Assembly: GCA_045539335.1 (NCBI GenBank)
Contig: JAZQFD010000029.1
Span: forward strand, 65,420-129,419
DNA from: Eubacteriales bacterium
Lineage (GTDB): Bacteria > Bacillota > Clostridia > Oscillospirales > QAKW01
Length of the DNA stretch: 64,000 nt
Direction of reading: 5' to 3'
Positions 1-9,396 of the stretch are shown here, in pieces. The notes below the pieces were generated by a model. The model worked only from the letters and a program-made list of their open reading frames with translations, was not told the DNA's origin and ran no database searches. Position numbers and translations under genes: made by a program. Numbering within the stretch: the first letter of the stretch is position 1; every line of letters begins with the position of its first letter.

Positions 1-956
1 TCTACTTTGCTGCTGCTGAAACTGCCTATACTGCAATGAATAAGGTTCGTATTCGGACTCTTGCAGAAGAGGGGAGTCGAAAGGCGAAGCGGGCACTTTG
101 GATTACCGATCGTTATGAGAAGTCCTTATCAACCTTGCTGATCGGCACAAACGTTTTGCACGCCTCTTGTGCTACGCTGACAACATTGTTTGTTGAAAGA
201 GAGTTTGATACTTCTTATGTTTGGGTCGGTACTCTTGTGACGACCGTGATCATATATCTTCTGGGCGAAATGATTCCCAAAAGCTTTGGTAAGGCACGAA
301 GCGAAAGTTGTGCTTTGAACTTTAGTGGGAGTCTTATGCTTTTGGTTAAGATATTGACCCCGGTTTCTTTTTTCCTTACGTTGATTTCGAATGGTATCTC
401 CAAACTATTTAAAGCAGAAAAGCAAGACAATACCGTTACAGAAGAAGATCTGATGAATATCATCGAAACCATAGAAGATGAAGGTGTATTGGAGCCGGAA
501 AAGCAAGCTTTGGTTCATTCTGCGGTAGAATTCAGCAGTAAAGTGGCGTCGGATATAATGGTCCCGATGGAAGATGTTGTGATGCTCAATGTGGCAACCT
601 CTGTTGATGAGATTGCACAGTTTGTGAAAGCGCATCATTACTCCAGAATTCCGGTTTATGAGAATAAGGCCCAAAATATTATCGGTGTTTTGCAGGTAAA
701 TTCTTTCCTCAATAAGTACATTACAAAACAAAAAATTGATCTGAAAAAAATGCTCTTGAAAACCTATGTTTTTGAAGCAAACATCGAGATTTCCGAACTT
801 TTGAGCCGTATGCGACTGAATAAATTACATATGGTCTTTTTACGTGATGAAAAGCGTAATAAGATCGGAATGGTCACCCTTGAAGATATTCTGGAAGAAT
901 TGGTCGGCGATATTCAGGATGAAACAGACCTTGGAGAAGGTCTGGAATTGGTGTGA
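1..956 (+). CDS. CNNM/HlyC-CorC family transporter, paralog 1 (DUF21 + CBS pair). The 5' end is cut by the window edge and there is no C-terminal CorC_HlyC domain.
   Basis: The frame is open back to nt 3. YFAAAETAYTAMNKVRIR aligns with FFSGSEIAYTSLNKLRIK of the next gene. TM-rich N-terminus followed by CBS-pair motifs (IMVPMEDVVML, GMVTLEDILEELVGDI). The protein ends right after the CBS pair. Confidence 0.8.
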   Translation, partial: YFAAAETAYTAMNKVRIRTLAEEGSRKAKRALWITDRYEKSLSTLLIGTNVLHASCATLTTLFVEREFDTSYVWVGTLVTTVIIYLLGEMIPKSFGKARSESCALNFSGSLMLLVKILTPVSFFLTLISNGISKLFKAEKQDNTVTEEDLMNIIETIEDEGVLEPEKQALVHSAVEFSSKVASDIMVPMEDVVMLNVATSVDEIAQFVKAHHYSRIPVYENKAQNIIGVLQVNSFLNKYITKQKIDLKKMLLKTYVFEANIEISELLSRMRLNKLHMVFLRDEKRNKIGMVTLEDILEELVGDIQDETDLGEGLELV

Positions 957-970
957 GGGGGTGCAGAGAA

Positions 971-2248
971 ATGATGAGTTATATTTTAATCGCTATTTTA
1001 ATCTGCTTTTCTGCATTCTTCTCCGGTTCTGAAATTGCTTACACATCTTTGAATAAGCTTCGAATTAAAAAAGAAGCTGAGCAAGGGAACAAGTTGTCCA
1101 AATTGGTGGTTTATATTTGTGACCATTACCAGAATATTCTGTCTACTATTCTGATTGGTAATAATCTTGTGAATATTGCTGCCACCTCAGTAGCGGCGGT
1201 TATTGCCCTGCAGGTTGCTGATCGATTTGAAATTGAAGACGGAACGGCTGCAACAATCGTAACATTGATCATGACTGTATTAATCTTAATCTTTGGTGAG
1301 ATTTCGCCGAAGGTGATCAGTGCTCGTAAGAATGAAACTATTTCAAAGTTTGCCGCATATCCCTTGCTTGTTTTAATGGTCGTTTTCTATCCTTTGGTTA
1401 TGCTTTCAACCACCATCACTAAAGCCCTTTCTTTTATTTGGAAACGCCCCGGCGATGATGAGAATGTTACCATTACCGAAGAAGAATTTGCCACCATTCT
1501 GGAAACGGTTGAAGATGAGGGTGTATTGGATGAGGATCAAACTGAGCTTTTGCAATCTGCTCTTGATTTTCCGGATTTAAATGCTGAGGATATTCTGACC
1601 CCTCGCATTGATATGGTTTCTTTCGATATTGATGCGTCGTTGGATAAGGTGCTTGGTATTATTGCTGAAACGCAGTTTTCCCGTATTCCCGTATATGAAG
1701 AAACGATCGATCACATTATCGGTATTCTGCATGTGAATTCTCTTTATAAAGAATTGGTTGATAATCCAAACGCATCCATTCGGGAAATGTTGATGGAAGT
1801 TGTTTATATTCCTCAAACAATGAAATTGCCTGCTATCTTGGAAGAACTTCGTAAACGCCAAACTCACATGGCCATTGTTACAGATGAATATGGCGGAACC
1901 ATGGGCTTATTAACCATGGAAGATGTTTTGGAGCAGTTGGTTGGCGAAATCTGGGACGAAACCGATGAAATCGTTGACGAACTCACTAAGATTTCAGATG
2001 AACGTTATGAATGTAGCGGTCAGATGAGTATTGCAGACTTTTTCGATGAATTGGAACTGGATGATCGTGATTTTGAAAGCGAGGCAACAACTGTTGGTGG
2101 TTGGGCAGCCGAAATGATTGGTTCCATGCCTGAAGTGTTTGATGCCTTTCATTTTCGTCGTTTGACTGTGATTGTGAAAGAAATTGAAGGCAATCGTGTG
2201 TCACGGTTGATTGTTTTAATTCGACCGCTGGTAGAAGAAACAGAGTGA
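971..2248 (+). CDS. CNNM/HlyC-CorC family transporter, paralog 2 (DUF21 + CBS pair + CorC_HlyC domain)
   Basis: ATG at 971 follows a GAGGGGGTG RBS. It has the same architecture as the upstream gene plus a C-terminal transporter-associated domain (ERYECSGQMSIADFFDELE...RLTVIVKEIEGNRVSRLIVL). Confidence 0.85.
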   Translation: MMSYILIAILICFSAFFSGSEIAYTSLNKLRIKKEAEQGNKLSKLVVYICDHYQNILSTILIGNNLVNIAATSVAAVIALQVADRFEIEDGTAATIVTLIMTVLILIFGEISPKVISARKNETISKFAAYPLLVLMVVFYPLVMLSTTITKALSFIWKRPGDDENVTITEEEFATILETVEDEGVLDEDQTELLQSALDFPDLNAEDILTPRIDMVSFDIDASLDKVLGIIAETQFSRIPVYEETIDHIIGILHVNSLYKELVDNPNASIREMLMEVVYIPQTMKLPAILEELRKRQTHMAIVTDEYGGTMGLLTMEDVLEQLVGEIWDETDEIVDELTKISDERYECSGQMSIADFFDELELDDRDFESEATTVGGWAAEMIGSMPEVFDAFHFRRLTVIVKEIEGNRVSRLIVLIRPLVEETE

Positions 2249-3210
2249 ACAGATTTTCTCCGTGTGGAAAAATAGGGCTTGCCCCCATGGCAGGACCCGG
2301 TGATAGTGGCTTCCGACGCATCTGTCGTGAGTGTGGCGCTGATTATACCGTCTCGGAAATGATCAGCGCTAAAGCCATTCGCTATAATGCTGAGAAAACC
2401 ATTGCTTTGGCACGCCATACTGTAACTGAAAAACCAATGTTGGTACAATTGTTTGGTCAGGATCCTGAAGCAATGGAATATGCTTCTAAATTTATTTGGG
2501 AGCGTTTTTCGCCTGCAGGAATTGATTTAAATATGGGGTGTCCTGCACCTAAAATATTTAACAATGGAGACGGTAGTGCGCTTTTGCGCCAACCGTCTCT
2601 TTCTGCTGCTTTGGTAAAAGCGGCTCGTAAAGGATGCGCTGATGGACCGGTTAGTGTTAAAATGCGGATTGGCATTGATGAGATTGATCCAAAGATCGTT
2701 GAATTTGCTCAGGAGATGGAAAAGGCCGGAGCTGCATTTATTACGGTCCATGGGCGAACCCGAGAGCAATTCTATTCCGGAAAGGCAAGTTATGAGATGA
2801 TTCGCCGTATCAAAGATTCAGTGTCAATTCCGGTCATTGCGAATGGGGATGTTGTGGACGGTACATCTGCACGTAGTATTTTGGATGATACCGGCGCTGA
2901 TGGGTTTATGTTGGCTCGTGGTGCTTTGGGGGCACCGGATGTATTCTTGCGCATCAAAGATTATTTAAAAGGCAAACCTGAAAAAATACTTTCTTTGAGG
3001 GAGCGTTTTGATCTGTGTATAAAGCAACTGCTTTATACAGCTGAAGATAAAGGTGAAGAGCGGGCTTGCGTTGAATTTCGTAAGCACATGCTCTGGTATC
3101 TCAAGGGCATCAATGGCGCAGGTGTTTACAAGGCTGAAGCAGGACATATGTCTTGTATTGATCATTATCAAAAGTTGATTGAGAGAATTCTCGAGGAGCA
3201 AGAAGTATGA
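2245..3210 (+). CDS. dusB: tRNA-dihydrouridine synthase
   Basis: LAPMAGPGDSGFRRICRECGAD, DLNMGCPAPK and ITVHGRTREQ are Dus-family TIM-barrel motifs. The GTG start overlaps the upstream stop (GTGA). Confidence 0.85.
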   Translation: MNRFSPCGKIGLAPMAGPGDSGFRRICRECGADYTVSEMISAKAIRYNAEKTIALARHTVTEKPMLVQLFGQDPEAMEYASKFIWERFSPAGIDLNMGCPAPKIFNNGDGSALLRQPSLSAALVKAARKGCADGPVSVKMRIGIDEIDPKIVEFAQEMEKAGAAFITVHGRTREQFYSGKASYEMIRRIKDSVSIPVIANGDVVDGTSARSILDDTGADGFMLARGALGAPDVFLRIKDYLKGKPEKILSLRERFDLCIKQLLYTAEDKGEERACVEFRKHMLWYLKGINGAGVYKAEAGHMSCIDHYQKLIERILEEQEV

Positions 3211-4556
3211 GAAAATCGGTTGCAATGGACATGTGTCATGGTCCGTTGTTTTGGAATATTGTCAAATTTACGATTCCGATTATTTTGAGCAGTGTTTTAC
3301 AATTGTTGTTTAACGCCGCAGATTTGATTGTTGTGGGTCGCTTTTGTGGGAGTGTCTCGGTGGGGGCTGTGGGTGCTACCAGCTCTTTGGCCAGCTTATT
3401 TGTTAATTTTTTTGTAGGACTATCCGTTGGCGCAGGTGTTACGGTTGCTCAAGGAATTGGCTCAAAAGATGAAAAAAAGGTTCATTATGCAGTACATACA
3501 GCCATTCCGACTGCCTTAGTGAGTGGCGTCATATTAACCGTTTTAGGTATTTCACTCTCCAAGCAAGCTTTGATTTGGATGGACACCCCTGCAGAGCAGC
3601 TTCCGTTGGCGGCACTATACATGAAAATATATTTTGCCGGAATTATTGCCATGCTGCTTTATAACTTTGGCGCTGCCATTCTGCGAGCGGCGGGAGACAC
3701 CAAGCGTCCCTTGATTTATTTGTCGATTTCCGGCTTACTGAATGTTGTTCTGAATTGTATTTTCGTTATTTGTTTTCATATGGATGTTGGCGGCGTTGCC
3801 CTTGCAACCACCATTTCCCAATGCCTATCTGCTTGTTTGGTTATAATCGCTTTGATGCGTCGGGGAGATGCTTGCAAGCTTTCCCTGCTAAAGATGCGAT
3901 TTGATCGGATTGCGCTTAAGCGCATTCTTGCGATTGGTTTACCTGCAGGACTGCAGAGTTCATTGTTTTCAATTTCAAATGTTTTGATTCAGTCGTCCGT
4001 TAATTCCTTTGGGAACATTGCCGTTTCCGGTTGTGCCGCCGCTTCCAGTATTGAGGGGTTTGTTTGGGTGATTATAAGTGCGTTTGGTCAAACTGCCCTG
4101 AATTTTACCGGTCAAAACTATGGCGCCGGATTGTATAAACGTATTCATAAGGTGTTGCGATACTGCCTTATTACCGTGTTTATGGCGGGTATTGTCGCCG
4201 GAACAATTGCGTTTGTTTTTGCAAAACCATTGCTCTCTATTTATATCTCGGATTCGCCGGAGGCAATACAATACGGTGTTATTAAGATGATGATGGTTGG
4301 ATTGCCGTATTTTATAGGCGGTCTGATGGAGGTTACGACCGGTGTGATTCGTGGTATGGGCTATTCTGTTGTGACTATGTTTGTGACGGTTTTGGGCGTT
4401 TGCGGATTTCGTGTGTTTTGGATTTATACAGTATTTCAGCAATACCACACTTTGGAATGTCTGTATTTATCCTATCCGATTTCTTGGACCATCACCTTCT
4501 TGGTTCAGCTGGGAATGTACTTCGTTATCTGTCGAAAACGAGATTTAAAAATTTAA
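3207..4556 (+). CDS. MATE family efflux transporter
   Basis: 449 aa with about 12 predicted TM segments. Typical MATE N-terminus (IVKFTIPIILSSVLQLLFNAADLIVVGRF) and an internal duplication. ATGA overlap with dusB. Confidence 0.85.
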   Translation: MRKSVAMDMCHGPLFWNIVKFTIPIILSSVLQLLFNAADLIVVGRFCGSVSVGAVGATSSLASLFVNFFVGLSVGAGVTVAQGIGSKDEKKVHYAVHTAIPTALVSGVILTVLGISLSKQALIWMDTPAEQLPLAALYMKIYFAGIIAMLLYNFGAAILRAAGDTKRPLIYLSISGLLNVVLNCIFVICFHMDVGGVALATTISQCLSACLVIIALMRRGDACKLSLLKMRFDRIALKRILAIGLPAGLQSSLFSISNVLIQSSVNSFGNIAVSGCAAASSIEGFVWVIISAFGQTALNFTGQNYGAGLYKRIHKVLRYCLITVFMAGIVAGTIAFVFAKPLLSIYISDSPEAIQYGVIKMMMVGLPYFIGGLMEVTTGVIRGMGYSVVTMFVTVLGVCGFRVFWIYTVFQQYHTLECLYLSYPISWTITFLVQLGMYFVICRKRDLKI

Positions 4557-4588
4557 AAAGGTGCTTCGTAAGAAGCACCTTTTATTTT
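4556..4588. terminator. Bidirectional rho-independent terminator between the MATE gene and convergent serA
   Basis: Stem ggtgcttc, loop gtaa, stem gaagcacc, flanked by an A-run on the 5' side and a T-run on the 3' side. Confidence 0.75.
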
Positions 4589-4593
4589 AGTGG

Positions 4594-5748
4594 TTATCGG
4601 ATTGTCCGTACACGAAGAACACCATCAACGGCAGCTAGCTTTTCAATCACTGTCTCAGCAACATCTGCGTTACAATCAATCATAGTGTAGGCAAAGTCCC
4701 CTTTGGACTTGTTCAACAGATTATCGATGTTTACACCCTCGGCGGAAACAAGCGCCGAAAGGGTAGCCAATATATTAGGAATATTGCGATGGCAGATGCA
4801 GATTCTCAGCGCAGAGTTAAAGGGAGCAGACACGGCGGGATAGTTTACAGAATTAGTGATATTACCATACTCCAGATAATCCCGAATCTCCTTAACAGCC
4901 ATTACTGCGCAATTGTCTTCGCTTTCGGGAGTGGAAGCTCCCAAGTGGGGAATAGGCACTGCATTTTTCATCTTCAGGGTGTTGGCGTTGGGGAAGTCGG
5001 TTACATACTTTGCGACTTTGCCGCTTTCCAGAGCCGCAGCCATATCTTCATCGTTCACAAGATCAGCACGAGAAAGATTTAAGATACGAACGCCGTCTTT
5101 CATCAAAGCAATGGTGTCCTTGTTGATGCTGTGTTTGGTTTCGGCAGTCAAAGGGGCGTGCAAGCAGATATAGTCACACTGAGTGTAGATATCGTTGATA
5201 TCGGTAGCCTTAATAACATGGTGATTCAAGTTCCAAGCGGACTGAAGGGAAATGTAGGGGTCATATCCATATACCTTCATGCCAAGATGTTGAGCTGCAT
5301 TTGCCACCAGTACACCAATGGCGCCCAGGCCAATGACACCCAGCTTTTTGCCTAAAATCTCGGGACCTACAAATTGGGACTTGCCTTTTTCCACCTGCTT
5401 GGCAACGTCGTCGCCGGTCAGGGTCTTGGCCCAATCAATACCGCCTACGATATCACGGGATGCCAGAAACAGGGCGGCGATGGCCAGTTCCTTTACGGCA
5501 TTGGCGTTTGCACCGGGGGTATTGAATACAACAACACCCTTTTCAGCACAAGCATCCAAAGGAATGTTGTTGACACCTGCTCCTGCACGTGCAACGGCCA
5601 GCAGGGAAGAGGGCAGCTCCATATCGTGCAAAGAGGCACTTCTTACCAAAATGCCGTCAGGGGCATCACAGGTGTCCATGACTTCATATTTGTTGTCGAA
5701 GCCGTCAAGGCCGATTTTTGCAATTTTGTTTAATGTTTGAATTTTCAT
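4594..5748 (-). CDS. serA: D-3-phosphoglycerate dehydrogenase with C-terminal ACT domain
   Basis: 2-hydroxyacid dehydrogenase NAD motif GVIGLGAIGVLVA and catalytic-region motifs. ACT-like tail (ICHRNIPNILATLSALVSAEGVNIDNL). I chose the start MKIQTL (AAGGTGA RBS) over the upstream in-frame ATG at 5778. Confidence 0.85.
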   Translation of the reverse strand: MKIQTLNKIAKIGLDGFDNKYEVMDTCDAPDGILVRSASLHDMELPSSLLAVARAGAGVNNIPLDACAEKGVVVFNTPGANANAVKELAIAALFLASRDIVGGIDWAKTLTGDDVAKQVEKGKSQFVGPEILGKKLGVIGLGAIGVLVANAAQHLGMKVYGYDPYISLQSAWNLNHHVIKATDINDIYTQCDYICLHAPLTAETKHSINKDTIALMKDGVRILNLSRADLVNDEDMAAALESGKVAKYVTDFPNANTLKMKNAVPIPHLGASTPESEDNCAVMAVKEIRDYLEYGNITNSVNYPAVSAPFNSALRICICHRNIPNILATLSALVSAEGVNIDNLLNKSKGDFAYTMIDCNADVAETVIEKLAAVDGVLRVRTIR

Positions 5749-5758
5749 TTTATTCACC

Positions 5759-6838
5759 TTACTTATTCTCTGCTTCAAACTTCTTCATGAAGTTTACCAA
5801 AGCTTCTACGCCTTCATAGGGCATTGCATTGTAAATACTGGCACGCATGCCGCCAACCGAGCGGTGTCCTTTGATATTCACAAAACCGTTGGCAGTACAC
5901 TCGGCAATAAACTTTTTGTCCAACTCATCGTTGCCGGTAACAAAAGGAACATTCATCAAAGAACGGGATTCACCCATAACGGTGGGGCTGAACATTTCAG
6001 ACTGATCCAGGAAGTCATAAAGAAGCTTCGCCTTCTTTTTGTTTTGAGCTTCCAGCACTTTAATACCGCCCATGTTTTCAATCCACTCTAAAACCAGCTT
6101 CAAAATGTAGATGGCGTAGGTGGGGGGAGTGTTGAACATTGAGCCATTGTCAGCATGTGTTTGATAAGTAAACATGGTGGGGGTGCAAGCTTGGGGCTCT
6201 CCAATCAAATCTTCACGAATGATCACAACGGTGAGTCCTGCAGGCCCCATGTTCTTCTGAGCGCCTGCATAGATGACACCAAACTTGGAAACGTCAATTT
6301 CTTCGCTAAGAATGGAAGAAGACATATCAGCAACCAAGGGCACATTGCCGGTTTCAGGCAATTTATAGAACTTGGTTCCATAAATGGTGTTGTTGTAGCA
6401 AATGTGGAAATAATCTGCTTCGGGGTCGAAGTCAGCGCTGTTCAATTCGGGAATATAAGAGAACGTTTTATCTTCGCTGGAGGCAACCGCACGGCAAGTA
6501 CCATAACGACAGCCTTCCTTATAAGACTTTTTAGCCCATTGGCCGGTGATCACGTAGTCCGCCTTGCCATTTTTTGTCATCAGATTCAGAGGAATCATGG
6601 CAAACTGGCTGGAAGCACCGCCTTGCAGGAACAAAACCTTATAATTATCGGGAATCGAAAGGACCTTACGGAGCAGACTTTCCGCTGATTCGATGATGGC
6701 GCCGTACTCTTTTGAACGGTGACTCATCTCCATAACTGATTGGCCTGAAGTGCCATGTTCAGTCATTTCACTGGCGGCTTTTTCCAATACTTCAAGAGGA
6801 AGCATGGAGGGACCTGCGGAAAAATTGTAAACTCTCAT
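5759..6838 (-). CDS. serC: 3-phosphoserine aminotransferase
   Basis: MRVYNFSAGPSMLP N-terminus, FLQGGASSQF, and the PLP-lysine region AGAQKNMGPAG. The 25 aa upstream of this start in the ORF track are AT-rich leader sequence. Confidence 0.9.
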   Translation of the reverse strand: MRVYNFSAGPSMLPLEVLEKAASEMTEHGTSGQSVMEMSHRSKEYGAIIESAESLLRKVLSIPDNYKVLFLQGGASSQFAMIPLNLMTKNGKADYVITGQWAKKSYKEGCRYGTCRAVASSEDKTFSYIPELNSADFDPEADYFHICYNNTIYGTKFYKLPETGNVPLVADMSSSILSEEIDVSKFGVIYAGAQKNMGPAGLTVVIIREDLIGEPQACTPTMFTYQTHADNGSMFNTPPTYAIYILKLVLEWIENMGGIKVLEAQNKKKAKLLYDFLDQSEMFSPTVMGESRSLMNVPFVTGNDELDKKFIAECTANGFVNIKGHRSVGGMRASIYNAMPYEGVEALVNFMKKFEAENK

Positions 6839-7010
6839 TAAAAACACCTTTCTTTCAAAAAATATTATGTATATTATAAAATCTTTATTTAAAAAAGTCA
6901 ATTGATTTTTCAAATAGTTATTGCTTGAATATCCGGAATGTATATGTTATAATAAAACAAATGACACACTAGGTTAAAACGTTGAAATATAAGTACAAAG
7001 GGGTACAAAA

Positions 7011-7367
7011 ATGAAGCTTTCTAAAGTATGCGAATTGTTGGATGCAGAGGTGCTTTGCTGCGAAGAAGGATTGGATAACGAAGTGAAGAGTGCCTGTGGC
7101 TCTGATATGATGAGTGATGTATTGGCTTTTGTTAAAGACCAAGGGGTTCTGCTTACCGGACTTGTAAACCCGCAAACCGTTCGTACTGCCCAAATGATGG
7201 ACATGAAATGCATTATTTTCGTTCGTGGAAAAAAACCGGATAACACAACGATTACCTTGGCTGAAAATAATGGTATTACTGTGCTGGCTACTGAGTATCG
7301 TATGTATACAGCATGTGGTCTCCTTTACGCAAATGGACTATTTAGTGAAGGGGTTGACAAAGTATAA
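7011..7367 (+). CDS. DRTGG domain protein (first of two)
   Basis: 118 aa. GSDMMSDVLAFVKDQGVLLTGLVNPQTVRTAQMMDMKCIIFVRGKKP is the pattern typical of small DRTGG proteins found next to hydrogenase regulators. TAATG overlap with the next gene. Confidence 0.65.
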   Translation: MKLSKVCELLDAEVLCCEEGLDNEVKSACGSDMMSDVLAFVKDQGVLLTGLVNPQTVRTAQMMDMKCIIFVRGKKPDNTTITLAENNGITVLATEYRMYTACGLLYANGLFSEGVDKV

Positions 7368-7786
7368 TGGAACCGATTGTATTAAAATTTCAAGTTGACG
7401 GTGATGATTTTGGATGTGCCGGCGAGGCATCATCGGCCGTAAAGAAGACATTGAAGCAATTGGGTTTTTCGCCGGATGTGATTCGTCGTGTGGCCATTGC
7501 AATGTATGAGGGTGAGATCAATATGGTGATTCACGCTGAGGGTGGAGAAATCACTGTTGAGATTTCTGAAGGTTTGATTCGTATTGTTTTGGCTGATCGT
7601 GGGCCCGGTATTAAAGATGTGAATCTTGCCATGCAGGAGGGCTACTCTACCGCCCCTGAAGAGGTGCGTAATCTTGGTTTTGGAGCCGGTATGGGGCTGC
7701 CCAATATAAAAAAATACTCTGATGATTTAAGAATTGACACCGAACTGGGTGTCGGAACAACTCTCACAATTTTGATCAACACTTGA
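7367..7786 (+). CDS. HATPase_c-only protein, anti-sigma-factor/serine-kinase-like
   Basis: N box (EGEINMVIHA), G1 box (DRGPGI) and G2 box (GFGAGMGLPN). No sensor or DHp domain. Confidence 0.75.
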   Translation: MEPIVLKFQVDGDDFGCAGEASSAVKKTLKQLGFSPDVIRRVAIAMYEGEINMVIHAEGGEITVEISEGLIRIVLADRGPGIKDVNLAMQEGYSTAPEEVRNLGFGAGMGLPNIKKYSDDLRIDTELGVGTTLTILINT

Positions 7787-7795
7787 GGTGATAGT

Positions 7796-9052
7796 ATGGA
7801 ATATTTCCACTCGGTGACACTGGACCCCGGTCGCTGCAAGGGATGTACATCTTGTGTTAAACGTTGCCCAACAGAGGCAATTCGAGTAAAAGACGGGAAG
7901 GCCACAATCATTAAAGAGCGCTGTATTGACTGTGGCGAGTGTATTCGTGTTTGCCCCCATCATGCCAAAAAAGCAGTTTTTGATAAATTAACGATGCTTG
8001 AAAATTTTGAGTATAATGTTGCTCTCCCTGCGCCCGCTCTTTATGGTCAGTTTAACAATCTGGATAATGTTGATTATGTATTAAACGGACTGCTTGAAAT
8101 TGGCTTTGATGATGTTTTTGAAGTGGCTCGTTCTGCGGAACTGGTTTCTGAATTTACCAGAACTTACTTGGAGGATCCTGCTTGTCAAAAGCCGGTGATC
8201 TCCACGGCATGCCCTGCAATTGTGCGATTGATTCGGGTTCGTTTTCCGAAATTAATCTCTCATTTATTACCGGCACGAGCGCCGGTGGATGTTGCGGCAA
8301 TGATTGCACGGAAAGAGGCAATGGAGAAAACCGGACTTCCTTCCGAGAAGATCGGCGTTTTCTTCATATCACCATGCCCTGCCAAGGTGACGGCCATGCG
8401 TCAGCCCTTGGGGTATGATTCGACGGCTGTCAGTGGTGTTTTGGCGATTTCAGATGTTTATAAACCATTATTATCAGCGATGAACAAGATCCGGCAGCCT
8501 GCCCCTCTTTCGGAGTGTGGTTTGACCGGGATCTCCTGGTCTTATACCGGAGGTGAGGCTACTGCTTTGCTGAGTACCAAATATTTAGCGGCCGATGGCA
8601 TGGAAAATGTTATTAAGATCTTAGAAGAGATCGAGGATGACAAATTGCAAGATTTAGAGTTTGTTGAGCTTGGCGCATGTGTTTCGGGGTGTGTCGGTGG
8701 TTGTCTCACAATTGAAAATCCTTATATTGCCCGCACTCGTGTTCGTCAATTGCGAAAGTATAAGCCGGTTTCCTGCAATCGAATTAAGGATTATGATCTG
8801 ACAATCGATGAGTATAAATGGAATAGTGCGATTGAGTATGATCCTGTTATGCAATTGGATTCGGATCTTCAGCGTGCTATGCAGAAGATGCAAGAGATTC
8901 AGCGGATTGAAAAGGATCTTCCGGGAATCGACTGCTCTGCTTGCGGTTCTCCGTCTTGCCACGCCTTTGCTGTTGACGTTGTCAACGGTACAGCTAAAAT
9001 GGCTGATTGCTTGATTGTTTTGAAAAATCGTTTAAAGGATATTATGGACTAA
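7796..9052 (+). CDS. [FeFe]-hydrogenase-like protein of the putative sensory type (2x[4Fe-4S] ferredoxin domain + H-domain + C-terminal Cys motif)
   Basis: Two CxxCxxCxxxCP motifs at the N-terminus. The H-cluster motifs are present but altered: STACP (textbook TSCCP), SPCPAK (textbook MPCxxK) and ELGACVSGCVGGC (textbook ExMxCxxGCxxGG). C-terminal motif CSACGSPSCHAF...ADC. Confidence 0.75.
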   Translation: MEYFHSVTLDPGRCKGCTSCVKRCPTEAIRVKDGKATIIKERCIDCGECIRVCPHHAKKAVFDKLTMLENFEYNVALPAPALYGQFNNLDNVDYVLNGLLEIGFDDVFEVARSAELVSEFTRTYLEDPACQKPVISTACPAIVRLIRVRFPKLISHLLPARAPVDVAAMIARKEAMEKTGLPSEKIGVFFISPCPAKVTAMRQPLGYDSTAVSGVLAISDVYKPLLSAMNKIRQPAPLSECGLTGISWSYTGGEATALLSTKYLAADGMENVIKILEEIEDDKLQDLEFVELGACVSGCVGGCLTIENPYIARTRVRQLRKYKPVSCNRIKDYDLTIDEYKWNSAIEYDPVMQLDSDLQRAMQKMQEIQRIEKDLPGIDCSACGSPSCHAFAVDVVNGTAKMADCLIVLKNRLKDIMD

Positions 9053-9384
9053 TGAATGTACATGAACTTGCTTCTGCGTGTGGCTTTGAATATTTGTGCG
9101 GAAAGGGAACGGAAGGGCGCACAGTGAGTGGTGCTTATTGTTGTGATCTGCTTTCTTGGGTAATTGGGCGTGCAAGAGAGGAGGATGCACTGCTTACGGT
9201 GATGTCTAACGCTAATGTTATTGCGGTGGCAGTAATGGCAGATTTACCTTGCGTTGTTTTAACGGAAGGTGTGAAACCGGATAAAACAACGCTGGACAAA
9301 GCAATCGCAAACGATGTGATTGTTTTATCCTCTTCAATGACGACCTATGAAACAGCGGTACTGATTGCAAAAGCACTAAAATAA
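9052..9384 (+). CDS. DRTGG domain protein (second of two)
   Basis: MNVHELASACGFEYL...CCDLLSWVIG...VVLTEGVKPDKTT parallels the 7011 protein. TAATG overlap with the upstream stop. Confidence 0.65.
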   Translation: MNVHELASACGFEYLCGKGTEGRTVSGAYCCDLLSWVIGRAREEDALLTVMSNANVIAVAVMADLPCVVLTEGVKPDKTTLDKAIANDVIVLSSSMTTYETAVLIAKALK

Positions 9385-9396
9385 GGAGATCGTAGG

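Noticed and set aside
5749-6913. Longer N-terminal extensions suggested by the ORF track for serA (start 5778) and serC (start 6913)
   Set aside because: The extensions are AT-rich, lack an RBS and would make the two genes overlap. The internal ATGs at 5748 and 6838 give canonical N-termini (MKIQTL... and MRVYNFSAGPS...) with good RBS spacing.
6914-7010. The intergenic region between divergent serC and the DRTGG gene, examined for a T-box or amino-acid riboswitch
   Set aside because: It is under 100 nt and very AT-rich, with no specifier or T-box motif and no terminator hairpin. It most likely holds only two divergent promoters.
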